NCBI GenBank assembly: GCA_965287045.1
Contig: OZ336873.1
Location: 42,780,001-42,844,000, forward strand
Origin: Carcharhinus amblyrhynchos
Lineage: Eukaryota
Direction: 5' to 3'
DNA: 64,000 nt
Shown: positions 24,232 through 36,022 of the stretch, piece by piece
How positions within the stretch are numbered: position 1 is the stretch's first letter
Layout of the letters: every line of letters starts with the position of its first letter
Notes under the pieces: generated by a model
Seen by the model: the letters and a program-made list of their open reading frames with translations, nothing else
What the model was told of the DNA's origin: nothing
Database searches by the model: none
Made by a program: the position numbers and the translations under genes

Positions 24232-24384
24232 TTTTAATATATGGGACATGGGCGTCATTGACTGGCCAGCATTTATTGCCCATCCTTAGTTGCCTGAGGG
24301 CAGTTGGGAGTCAACCACATTGCTGTGGGTCTGGAGTCACATGTAGGGAAGACCAGGTAAGGACGGCAGATTTCCTTCCCTAAA
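24232..24384 (-). mobile_element. 3' part of a second SINE family (GGGCAATAAATGCTGGCC tail)
   Basis: Matches 45590-45749 in reverse. Confidence 0.75.
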
Positions 24385-25131
24385 CCACAGAGGCACTGGT
24401 ATCTTTGCACCGGGATGGTGTGCCACCTAGAGCTTTGTCTTGAATTCAGTGATTGGGACAGGACCAGGGGTCCCATTATGGACTATGGAGGTTGTGTATT
24501 TGATCCCATAGTTGATAGCACTGGAACAGTGGAAGTGTAGACAGCTCAGTTGATGTGTAAGGGTTTGCAGGAATAGGCTGGATGGATAATCAGCAGTACA
24601 TCAAATCACAAAGCCTGTGTAGAAGGAAGAAGGTCCTGTAGAATTCCAATCTCTGCTCTCAATAATTTGTGCTATGTAGCTGGGAACTGATGAACGATGA
24701 TTACCCTGTCATGGATAGGAATAACCAAGAACTGTTGGCAGGACTATGACTCATTGTGATCAGTATGAAGGAAGACCTAATTGCCAATGTCCATTGAGGT
24801 GAGTGTTAGTTGCATTTCTAGGGGGTGTTGGATTTCTGACTATTCGAGTGATTAATCAGTCAGAGCAATGTTGCATCTCAGTAGCCCTGTCATTGGTCAA
24901 ATAGGGAATATGCACATTGGTGAATGGTTCTCTGGCTGTTTATAATTCTTTCACAGGAAGGCCTTAGGAATGAAGGTGCTTGCTGAATTGTACAGTGGCA
25001 ATAGACAGGATCAAAGATCTGACAGGGCTTCAATGTCATTCTTGGTGTAGAAACTCACCCTCCAGTTCCCCTATTGCTTTCCCGGCTACCTGATTCTCCT
25101 TGAATTCTTTGATCTACTGAGTTCAGTGGCA

Positions 25132-25441
25132 ATGTGGCACGGTGGTACAGTGGTTAGCACCAGGGACCCGAGTTCAATTCCTGGCTTGGGTCACTGTATG
25201 TGTGGAGTTTACACATTCCCCCCATGTCTGCATGGGTTTCCTCCGGGTGCTCTGATTTCCTCCCACGGTTCAAAGATGTTAGCTACGCTAAATTGCCCCT
25301 TAGTGTCCCAGGATGTGTACATTAGAGGGATTGGCGAGGTAAATATGTGGAGTTCTGGGATAGGGCCTGGGTGGGATTGTTGCCAGTGCAGACTCAATGG
25401 GCTGAATGGCCTCCTTCTGTACTGCAGAGATCTTATGATCT
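25132..25441 (+). mobile_element. V-SINE, tail type A
   Basis: Head, V-domain and tail. Confidence 0.9.
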
Positions 25442-26258
25442 TGACGTAGCTTGTCTCCTGACAGTGCAGAAAACCCAGTCCAGGTGATAACTTTTGAACT
25501 GCCTAGGGGATGAAACCATCCAGTGAACTATTCAGTGGGTGAAAATGATCTCCAGTGGAGAGCTAATAGGGAGGTGGCTATGTGGTGAGGGCTAGCTTGC
25601 AAGGTGCCATCAAGCAAATCCATCCCAGAATAGTTACAATTTTAGGGCAGATAACAGTCTTAGGGGCAGATAGGCACATAATACATTATGCCAATGCATG
25701 TGGTATATGCTGCCATTTGTGAAAAAGTTCACAGTAGAGGTGGTCTTTAGGCTTGACAACTATGCCCTCTTCTAAAAGATCACCTCAAACAGTTTCAGAC
25801 CCAAGCATGCCCATGATGATTGTATACACAAACACCTTTGCAGGATGTGCCCACTCCACAGTACCGAATGGAATCTAGTAGAGGCATGGGTTAGTTCTGT
25901 TGTAATGTGTGAGATTGTGGCTTACTGTTGCATCCAAACTGCGGGAATGCTGTGGAAAGTGGACAACCCCCGTTCAACTGTTTTTTTACAGGAAGTGATG
26001 GGTTCAGATGCTCTACAGTGATCCCTACATCTTCAGGCCAGGCAAAAACTCCAAGGTCTCCACGTCATCCGATTTCTTTTGAAACTCAACAAGTTCATCT
26101 TTGGCATACTGTAGAAGGTGAGATTTGTAATGTGGAGGCTGTACAGGTGCCACGCTGAGATTAGCCTTAAACGTTTCAGCCTTGCCATTGTGATCTGGGA
26201 ATGGGGGATCTAAGGCTTCGTCATCATCATTTTGCTGAAGGAGTGTGTGAAACTGAGA

Positions 26259-27045
26259 GGGGGCGATTTTCCCATCCCGCTGCAGCGGGTCAGGAAATTC
26301 CAGCAGCACCCAAACCGTGACATCCGCACTGGGCGTCCCATCCCGATAGCGTCTCCCAGCGCCAGATTTCTGACGGTGTCAGCTCTGCGCATAATTCATT
26401 TAAATTCTAATTTAAATATATTTTAAATACAATTAGCAGGTCCAAAACTGAAGTCTCCAGGCCCACTAGCATTTCCTTCCTGCCAGTGTGGTTCACTTGG
26501 GCGGGGTTTACAACAGCTCCCAGGGAGTTAGCTGCCTTGCCCCACTGGAGTAAGGGGTGGGGGGGGGGGTGCATGTTCCCCAGAGGGTCAGAGGTCAGGC
26601 GGGGGGCAGGGGTTGGTGCACCCTGGGCATTGGCACCTTGGCAGTACCAGCTTGTGCCTTGGCACTCCCCAAGGGGCAAAGTGCTAATGCCCGGGGCACC
26701 TTGACACTGCTCACCTGGCATTGGGCAGTGCCAAGGGGGCGGGGCCTATTAGAAGCAGGACCTGATGGGACATGGCCTCCGGGGGCAATCAGTGCGGGTG
26801 GGGGTGTCCACCCCGTTGGGATCGAGCAGAGGGAGAGAGGCCAGCAATCAGGGCCGAGCATCGGGGGCGGGGAGGGAGTCAGAACTGTGGGGTGTGGCTA
26901 CTGGAGTGGGGGGGGGTGTGGCGGGAGCTTGGGGCTGCGGGGTGGGGTTGAGACTGGCCTGGGCATGCATGGGAGGGGCGGGGGGTCAGTGATCGGGCCG
27001 TGAGGGGGTGCGAGTCAGCATTGTGGGGGTAGTGAGGCTGGCCAC
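26259..27045. mobile_element. GC-rich MITE family copy (one terminus present)
   Basis: Starts GGGGCGATTTTCC; G-rich body homologous to 57776-58696. Confidence 0.6.
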
Positions 27046-27049
27046 TGAA

Positions 27050-27628
27050 AGACTGGTAAAGAAGCAGTCAGAAGGCAGATGAAATTTAACCCAGAGAAAT
27101 GAGAAGTGATATGTTTTGGGAGGAAGAACATGGAATGACAATATAAACTAAACGATCCAACTGTAAAGTGGGTACAGGAAGAAACTGGCCTGGTGTTATA
27201 GATGAATAAATCATTGAAGTTGGCAAGACAAATGGAGAATGTTCAAAAGGTTTATGGGATAGTTAGCTTTATTGATGGATGACTGGAGTACAAAAACATG
27301 GAAGTTTTATTGTAGCTTTATAAAACATGAGCTGAAGACCTCAGCTGGAGTATCATGTACAATTCTGGGCTTAACATTTTAAGAATAATGCCAAGATCTT
27401 GGTGCTGAATGATTTATTAGAATGGGGTCAGGGAGAAGCAAGTAACGTGGGTAGACTGGAGCACTGGAATTGTTTTCTGTGGAGCAGACAAGTTTAAGAG
27501 GAGATTTGATCGTGGTATTCAAAATCATGAATGGTTTTGTTTTGAGTAAATAAGGAGATATAGTTCACAATGACACAGATCTGAGGACAGTGGCAAAAGA
27601 ACAAAAGGCTTCAAAAGGAAACTTTCTT
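27050..27628 (+). mobile_element. Old CR1 RT fragment
   Basis: Degenerate QMKFNPEK, RPQLEY and RGDLI motifs. Confidence 0.75.
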
Positions 27629-27883
27629 TTCAAATCACACTGGCCAGAATTTTATGTATGCAGTTCAAGCACACCCGACTCAGAAGCATGTAAAATTATG
27701 CAAGAAAACACCGGTTGCATGCCCCAATGTCTTTGCTCCCTGGCATGAATCAGAAGCATGCCTGCTGGCAATCAAGAAACTAACTTAAATTAGTTAAAAT
27801 CAGTTAATCGGGATTTTACGTTGCCCGTCTGCCTTTATGGTTGACAAGTGAGCTGAAAGGCTTCATGGTCTTTATGTTTACCT

Positions 27884-28221
27884 GGGTGGCATGGTGGCAC
27901 AGCAGGGACCCGGGTTCAATTCCCAGCTTGGGTCACCGCCTTTGCGGAGCCTGCACATTCTCCCTGTGTCCATGTGGGTTTCCTCCAGTTGCTCCAGTTT
28001 CCTCCCACAGTCTGAAAGACATGTTGGTTAGGTGTATTGGCCATGCTAAATTCCCCCTCTGCGTACCTGAACAGGCGCCTGAGTGTGGCGACTAAGGGAT
28101 TTTCACAGTAACTGCGTGCAGTGTTAATGCACTGCACTTCCACTGTAAACTAATACATGTGATAATAATAAATCAAACCAAATCAGAAATGCAAGCCAAC
28201 TTGTGACACTAATAAATAAAT
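27884..28221 (+). mobile_element. V-SINE, tail type B, with a tiny Rex1 3' end inserted (about 28132-28187)
   Basis: The SINE tail is interrupted by ATACATGTGATAATAATAAATCAAACCAAATC, flanked by an AATGCA duplication. Confidence 0.8.
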
Positions 28222-28224
28222 GTT

Positions 28225-30275
28225 TAAGCTGCTACCTCATTCATAGGAGACAGAGGGTGGTGGTTGATGGTAAATATTCATCATGGAGTTCAGTTATGAA
28301 TGGTGTGCCTCAGGGATCTGTTTTGGGGCCACTGCTGTTTGTAATTTTTATTAATGATCTGGACGAGGGTATAGTTGGGTGGATTAGTAAATTTGCTGAT
28401 GACACCAAAGTCGGAGGTGTGGTAGATTGTGAGGAAGGGTGTCATAGTTTGCAGGGAGACTTAGACAGGTTGCAGAGCTGGGCCGAGAGGTGGCGGATGG
28501 AGTTTAATGCGGAGAAGTGTGAGGTAATTCACTTTGGTAGGAATAACAGATGTGTAGAGTATAGGGCTAACGGGAGGACTCGGAATAGTGTGGATGAACA
28601 GAGGGATCTAGGTGTATGTGTACATAGATCCCTGAAAGTTGGGAATCAAGTAGATAAGGTTGTTAAGAAGGCATACCCCGAGGTCCCTCTGCACCGTCGC
28701 CTGCTGCAGTTTTTCGCCACGTAAGTAATAGTCCTTCCTACCATTCTTCCTACCAAAGTGGACCACCTCACACTTGCCAACATTAAATTCCATTTGCCAT
28801 TTCCTGGCCCATTCGCCCAGCGTATCTAGATCCTTCTGCAGACTGTCCACACCCTCCGCACAATTTGCCTTTCCCCCAATCTTGGTGTCATCAGCAAATT
28901 TCGACACCCTGCACTCGGTTCCCTCCTCCAGATCATCTATATGTGCATGAGTCGCAAAAACCCAGCTTGCAGGTGCAGCAGGTGGTCAGGAAGGCGAATG
29001 GGATGCTGGCCTTCATAGCGAGGGGGATTGAATATAAAAGTAGGGAGGTCTTGCTGCAGCTGTATAGGGCATTGGTGAGGCCGCAGCTGGAGTACTGTGT
29101 GCAGTTTTGGGCGCCGCACCTGCGCAAGGATATTTTGGCCCTGGAGGGAGTGCAGAGGAGGTTTACTAGGCTGATACCGGAGTTGAGGGGATTGAGCTAT
29201 GAGGAGAGGCTGAATAAACTAGGCTTGTACTCGTTAGAGTTTAGAAGAATGAGGGGAGATCTCATTGAGACGTATAAGATGATGAATGGGATGGATAGGA
29301 TAGAGGTGGAGAGGCTCTTCCCGCTCAAAAAAGACAGTAGGACTAGGGGGCACAGCCTCAAGATAAAGGGGAGGCGGTTTAGAACGGAGTTGAGGAGGAA
29401 CTTCTTCACTCAAAGGGTGGTGAATCTCTGGAATTCTCTGCCCGTTGAAGTGGTGGAGGCTGCCTCGCTAAATATTTTTAAGAAGCGGGTTGATGGGTTC
29501 TTGATAAGAGAGGGGATTAAGGGTTATGGGGAGAGGGCGGGAAAGTAGAACTGAGCCACGACAGATCAGCCATGATCTTATTGAATGGTGGGGCAGGCTC
29601 GAGGGGCTAGATGGCCTACTCCTGCTCCTATTTCTTATGTTCTTATGTTCTTATGTTCATACGGTGTCTTGGTGTTTATTGGTAGGGGGATTGAATTTAG
29701 GAGTCGCAGCGTCATGTTGCAACTGTACACAACTCTGGTGCGGCCGCACTTGGAGTATTGTGTGCAGTTCTGGTCCCCACATTATAGGAAGGATGTGGAG
29801 GCTTTGGAGAGGGTGCAGAAGAGGTTTACCAGGATGTTGCCTGGTATGGAGGCGAGGTCCTATGAGGAGAGACTGAGGGATTTGGGGTTGTTTTCGCTAG
29901 AAAGAAGGCGGCTAAGAGGGGATCTTATTGAAACATATAAGATGATTAGAGATTTAGATAGGGTGGATAGTGATAGCCTTTTTCCTCGGATGGAGAAAGC
30001 TAGCACGAGGGGGCATGGCTTTAAATTAAGGGGGGGTAGTTATAGGACGGATGTCAGGGGTAGGTTCTTTACCCAGAGGGTGGTGAGGGATTGGAATGCC
30101 CTGCCTGCTGCAGTTGTAAATGCGCCTAGTTTGGGGGCATTTAAGAGATCCGTGGATAGATTTATGGATGAAAAGGGATTGGTTTAGGTTAGAGGGTCAT
30201 TGTTTTTTAACTGGTCGGCGCAACATCGTGGGCCGAAGGGCCTGTTCTGCGCTGTAATATTCTATGTTCTATGTT
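28225..30275 (+). mobile_element. CR1 (host copy), interrupted at 28676
   Basis: [14 protein letters not shown]...KKAY | GVLVFIGRG...; the frame resumes after 29662; (TTCTATG)n tail. Confidence 0.95.
28677..29657 (+). mobile_element. Young CR1 with a 5' inversion (28677-28941 inverted), nested in CR1
   Basis: The inverted part encodes IDDLEEGTECRVSKFADD...QRDLG on the minus strand; the forward part starts VHESQK; CATAC TSD at 28672-28676 and 29658-29662. Confidence 0.93.
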
Positions 30276-31329
30276 CATTCCAGGGTGAGATGAAAGTCAG
30301 GGCTCAGATAAAGTTAGCAAATGTGTCTGAGATCTGAGGTCTGTGTGTAATTGTGCTGCCCAGACAATAATGGTATAGTTTTAACATTAATGTTTATTTA
30401 TAACAGGTCTGCAGCTCCCTCAAACAGTTTCACAGCAGCTGTGCTCCTGAGGGAGCACAGTGGAAGCATCAGCCCACATGGTCTCTTCCGTCAGTGTCTG
30501 TCCCCTTCTCCCCCATCCCCAGCAACCTTTCACGTGCTGACTGACCGTAAACTGCCCAGCGAGTGGGAAATTGCACTCCAGGCTGTGACCATTTCTTGGA
30601 AGTCAACTCACACCTGCTTCCGACCCTGCTGAGCGCACACGCGCAACAGATGAACGTTCTGGGTCACTGAGTCATTGTGATTGGGAAATCTTTCCCTGAG
30701 AGGGTGGTAGAAACTGATTCAATACCCGAAGCATAATGAATTACGTGGATTTAAGAGCCAAGAAATGGGATTAATTCAAATTAAATAGCTGGCGAGAACA
30801 AAGTATACTGAATCATCTTCTTATGTACTCTATGATTTCAATCGACTGAATGACCAAAAAAGGAAAATGCAATTGTGTTTGGAAAGAAGGAAACATTCTG
30901 ACTTACATGTTTTTCTCCTCTGGCTTCAAAGCTAAGTGAATTATGCTTCTGAATCAAAATGTGATGGCATTCCATATTTGAACAGCATTTGACAGTTGAT
31001 AAACTCCTTCTGTGCGGAAATGGTAAATTGAAAGTTCAGGGCCTGCCAAGACTGGAGACAGTAAAGGAGCAAAGGGAAAGTGAGAAAGAAATAATGGGTG
31101 ATAGCAAGCTTCTAATAAAATTCAGAGAATGTTCCTAATTGGGTTTGTACCATTGGTGGATTAACACTTATTAATATGCTGCTGGGAGAACTTTTAGCTT
31201 TGCCACTTGCCATTCAAGCAGTTACACTAACAAAATAAGGATTGTCACCAGCCCCCACCCAACACTCCAACACTCCAGTCATACACATGTAATTAAAATA
31301 TAATAGAATGCAAGGGGTGCATTCAGGGA

Positions 31330-31433
31330 AAATCCCGTTGACAACAGTGGGACCATAAGACCCCTCCGCCAGCAAGTGGCGCACCATTCCTTCTGTCACA
31401 AAACACACCGCACAGAGGAGGAAAATCCTGCCC
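31330..31433. mobile_element. Short MITE fragment
   Basis: Ends in GGAAAATCCTGCCC, the MITE-type terminus. Confidence 0.4.
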
Positions 31434-32569
31434 ACTTTCCCTTCACAGATGCTGTCTGAAATGCTGAGATTTTCCAGCATTTTCTTTTTCTGTACTTAAG
31501 GGCCTCAGTTGGCCTAAGAGTGGAATGGCTGCTAACCACTAGCTAGCTACTGATAAAATACCAGTGGAAATGGGAAGACAATGGGCACATCATTCCCCTA
31601 TACCATCCACCTAATTCTATGCCACCCTCACCTCCAAGCCCACTCCCAGGAAGCGTGGGGATTAAATTGAACGCTGTCCCAAGATGTTGATAGTGACTTT
31701 ATTTCATTAGAGGGTTTATTGACCAGAGAGGAGTGACACTTACAGGATTCACTGCTCCTGCAATTGAGATTCCAGAGAAACTCATCTCCCATCTATAACC
31801 TAAATGGATGGAAATTACAGCTTCTGGATCGGAACTTTTCTGATGACTGTTTTCTGTCAATCCTCCCTCAGAACAGACAATCTGGAATCAGCCCTTAAAT
31901 GCGTATGTGCCAGAATAATACAATTCTCAGAATAGCTGTCCCAATCACAGAAAACTTGGATCTTAATGAGAAGAATGTAGCCAAAGCTGATGGGGTCAAC
32001 TTGATATGTGGAATTGAATGTCCAGGATGGCAGTGTGTGCTACACAATCTTGGTACTTATGATCTCGATAGCAAGGTGTCAGATAGCATTCATGCACTTC
32101 CTACATTATTGTAAAGTGTAATAACGTTGTTAGTTTTGGGCTTTGCAGGATATGATTATAGCTGAAATACCTGTCTGTCAATAATGTGAATACATCTCAG
32201 GGCAAAAGGAGGAGCTTCAGTTGACTCTGCATTCATGCAATCAACTCAATTATTATCTTCATCAGGATTGAATTCTGAACATCAATCAGAAATTTCACAA
32301 GAAACCTTTTGATGTGATGACAAAGCTATAGATTTCAGAATGCTGAAAAGAACATTATTGTAATATGGTGCCTAGAAATCTTAATCTAATGATTCTGTGC
32401 TTTGTAATCGGTTTCATTTCAATTAGGGAGCTTGTACAGAATTGAGGCCTTGAATGTGATTTACAAAGGATCAAATTAGCTAATTCAATCTTCCAAAAGT
32501 ATTCCTCTCTGCCTGCAGCTTTTTACTATGCATTATCCAGAGATCACCCCTCTTGATCTTCATTCCTTT

Positions 32570-33004
32570 CCAAGGCCGCAAGAAACTACAAGAGGTTGTG
32601 AATGTAGCCCAATCCATCACGCAAACCAGCCTCCCATCCATTGACTCTGTCTACACTTCCCACTGCCTCAGCAAAGCAGCCAGCATAATTAAGGATCCTT
32701 CGCACCCCAGACATTCTCTCTTCTACCTTTTCCCTTCGGGAGAAAGATACAAAAGTCTGAGATCACGTGTCACCAACTCAAGAACAGCTTCTTCCTAACT
32801 GCCATCAGAATTTTGACTGCATCTGCCTCACATTAAGTTGATCTTTCTCTACACCCTAGCTATGCCTGTAACACTATATTCTGCACTCTCTCGTTTCCCT
32901 CTCTGTGAACCGTATGCTTTCCCTGTATAGCGCGCAAGAAACAATACTTTTCACTGTGTACTGATACACGTGACTATAAAAAAAATCAAATCAAATCAAA
33001 TCTA
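32570..33004 (+). mobile_element. Rex1/Babar-clade LINE 3' end
   Basis: RKKLQEVVNVAQSI...IIKDPSHP...PSGERYKSL; (CAAAT)n tail. Confidence 0.85.
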
Positions 33005-33639
33005 AATCCTTTCCAAACTTTTAATCTTCTTGGTTTGCTGGATTTCATGCTGATGTAGACACAGGGTGTTAGTGCTGGAGAATGGAACACTTTCTCCTGT
33101 TTAGCCACCAGCATCTACATTGAACTCTCACACAATAGATGCAACACAACATGGGTGAAAGTAAGATTTGAGCAATTCCGCCTCAATGGGTGATGGCCAC
33201 TCTCATCTTGACATTTTAATTTTGACCAGGAGACTTTTGGTAATTTTTGCAAGCATACTGAAACCAAAGTGAGAAATTTGCCTCAGTATATGTATCAATT
33301 TTCTGATTTTCCTCCCAGTGCATACTTTGCAGTGAAATCTACACAGTATGTGCAGGATGCTGATTGAGGCTGTCAGTGTGAGGAATAGAGCACATTTCAA
33401 TGTTTCCACTAGGTGGTAGGCCAAAGCACTTCCAGTGTTTCCCTGTGAAATGAAGCTTCTCATGGTAAAATTGTGTGTCACATTCTCCAGCCTCGGAAGC
33501 ACACCTACCATTGGATAAATATACAGCCTTCATTTATCCTTATGGTCTTTAAATGCCAATTTAATATAAAATCTCAACCCTCTTTGCTTCTGTGGACCAA
33601 GAGCCTTGAAGGAGTCAGTTTGATCTTTAAAATTAATTC

Positions 33640-34115
33640 ATAGGAATTTAGGGATTAGGAGCAGGAGTATGCAAATTTAGCCCTTTGAGCCTGCTCTGCC
33701 ATTCAATCAGATCATGGCTAATCTCTCCCTGGTCTCAAATCCATCTCCCCACCTGTTCCCCATATTCCTTTAACCCATTTTTAAAATCAGAAATATTTCT
33801 ATATCCTTCTTGAAACCATTTAATGATTCAGACTCCACTGCGCTATGAGGCAGCAAGTTCCACAAATTCATCATCCTCTGTGAGAAGTAGTTCCCCCTCA
33901 TCACTGCCTCTCGATTGCCCTGCAAGGGGAAACATTTGGTCTATGTTTACCTTATCAAACCAATTTAGTATTTTATATACCTCGATCAGGCTCCCTCTCA
34001 TCCTTCTAAACTCCTGCAAGTGTAAGTCCAAACTGTTTAATCTCTCCTCCCCCGTCAACCCCTTCATCCCCAGAATCAATCTGTTAAACCTCCTCTGAAC
34101 TGCCTCCAATGTCAC
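33640..34115 (-). mobile_element. CR1 3' fragment
   Basis: LEAVQRRFNRLI...RGSLIEVYKI. Confidence 0.9.
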
Positions 34116-34705
34116 CTTTTATAGGATTTGAGCATTTCTGGCTGGGCTAGCAGTTACTGCCCATCCCTAACTGCCCTTCATTTCAGAGGGGAGAGAATAG
34201 AGTTACATCCCTTTAGATTCCAGTAGAATTCCAACATATCCTACAGATGAATAGAAAACAGCCTTAAGCCACACTGTCTCTCAGCTTTATTCAGAACTAA
34301 CCTTCATCCTTTTCATATTGTCCTTACACAACATAAACTTTTAGTTCCACTGTGTGCTGCTCTTGTTGCCAGGTTACAAAATGTGTGGATTGAATTTGGG
34401 TGTTGACTTTATGTGGTAGGTTCATTGTTATAGTGTAATATGAAATTCTGGAAGGCTGGAAGAAGTTTCAGATTTTAGCTTTCAGATTTAAGTGGTTTTG
34501 CGTGTTGGAACTTTGATGAATCTGAGTAACACATAACAGGATCTTTGCACACTTTTCATTCGCTTGATGGAGAAACAACATCATTACTGGAAATGGTTGC
34601 CTTTGTGAAAAGTGACTCACATGATTCAATTTTCCCTAAATGGAGCTTTCAAGCATTGCCAAGCTCATTCATCCTCATCTATAATTTACGCCCATTATAT
34701 AACCT

Positions 34706-35008
34706 CTTCAGTGAGAGTCTTTTCCCTTGGAGGAAGATGGCTAGCACGAGGGGACATAGCTTTAAACTGAGGGGTGATAGATATAGGACAGATGTCAGAG
34801 GTAGGTTCTTTACTCAGAGAGTAGTAAGGGCTTGGAGTGCCCTGCCTGCAACAGTAGTGGACTTGCCAACATTAAGGGCACTTAAATGGTCATTGGATAA
34901 ACATATGGATGATATTGGAATAGTGTAGGTTAAATGGGCTTTAGATTGGTTTCATAGGTCGGCACGAAGTCGAGGGCTGAAGGTCCTATACTGTAATGTT
35001 CTATGTTC
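34706..35008 (+). mobile_element. CR1 3' fragment
   Basis: TRGHSFKLRGDRYRTDVRGRFFTQRVV; TTCTATG tail. Confidence 0.9.
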
Positions 35009-35009
35009 A

Positions 35010-35400
35010 GTAACAGAAAAAAACAACACATATAGAAGCAATGGAGGCAGGAGGGAAAGGAAAGCCATAAAAGGGAAACTTTATGGCCACAAAGTCACAA
35101 ATGGTGACAAAACAATTGAGTGCAGGAATCTTCCAGTGATGCCACAAGAGGTCCACATACCTGTACTTTGCAGTGGGGACACTGCACAGACCCACAAACA
35201 GGTGCTGAAATCCCAGTCACTGTGAGTTACAGAGGAACACAGACAGAACCACAGGGGAAGAATTGGCTCAGAGAACCAAGATATCTGGGCATTGGAGATA
35301 AGCAGTGTCCTCAAATGGAAGAAAGTCACAATTGTTCTGAGAGAATACTACCGATAAGAATTCTGAGCCAGGAGATCTGAGGGATGAAAAACTAATGGCT
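35010..35400 (+). mobile_element. Possible Gypsy gag/protease remnant
   Basis: TGAEIPVTVSY...GKNWLR resembles the C-terminus of retrotransposon aspartic proteases (G[RK]xW[LM]). Confidence 0.3.
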
Positions 35401-36022
35401 GTCAAAGGATTGGATAACTTAATGAATGAGTATCATTAGTGGGCATTTTTATTCATTTATTCAAGGAGCTTATTATTGGAGTAGGTAAATGTTGAATGGC
35501 TATCAGTTTCTGCCTGAAATACACAAAGTATATAACGCAGTGTAAATAGTCACTCTGTAATCGGCTAGAGTGGAAAATAGTTTGCACTTTGACTGACTGC
35601 TTACTTTAAATTTGGGCATCTTAAGGCAAGTGCACCCACATTGATCAGGGTTTTCACTGACAGGAAGACATTATATTTTTCAGTTAATACATTGGCAGTT
35701 TTTAAAATATACACATGCTAAAATATGAATGAATTGGAAGTATGGAGTAATTTTCTAACAGTTCACAAAAAAGGGGAACTTTGTTCCCCATTAGAACACG
35801 ATTTTCCAACTATGTATAATAATTGGCATGAATGCATGTAGATTTCCAGTTTGTGTTTCTGATGGACAAGGCTCCTGCTGGACAAGTTCTAAAAAGGAAA
35901 TCCTTATTTTTATATCTCTCTGCTGTGGGTGTTCCTTAGCTTTTGTCAGTATAACTCTTGAAGTTTAGTTTAACTGAATTAGGGTGAAATAGTATCATTA
36001 GATAAGTATGAGCCTCAAGTAA

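Noticed and set aside
26407-27003. Gly-rich ORFs (also 9388-10184 and 57829-58747)
   Set aside because: They are by-products of G-rich MITE interiors with few stop codons.
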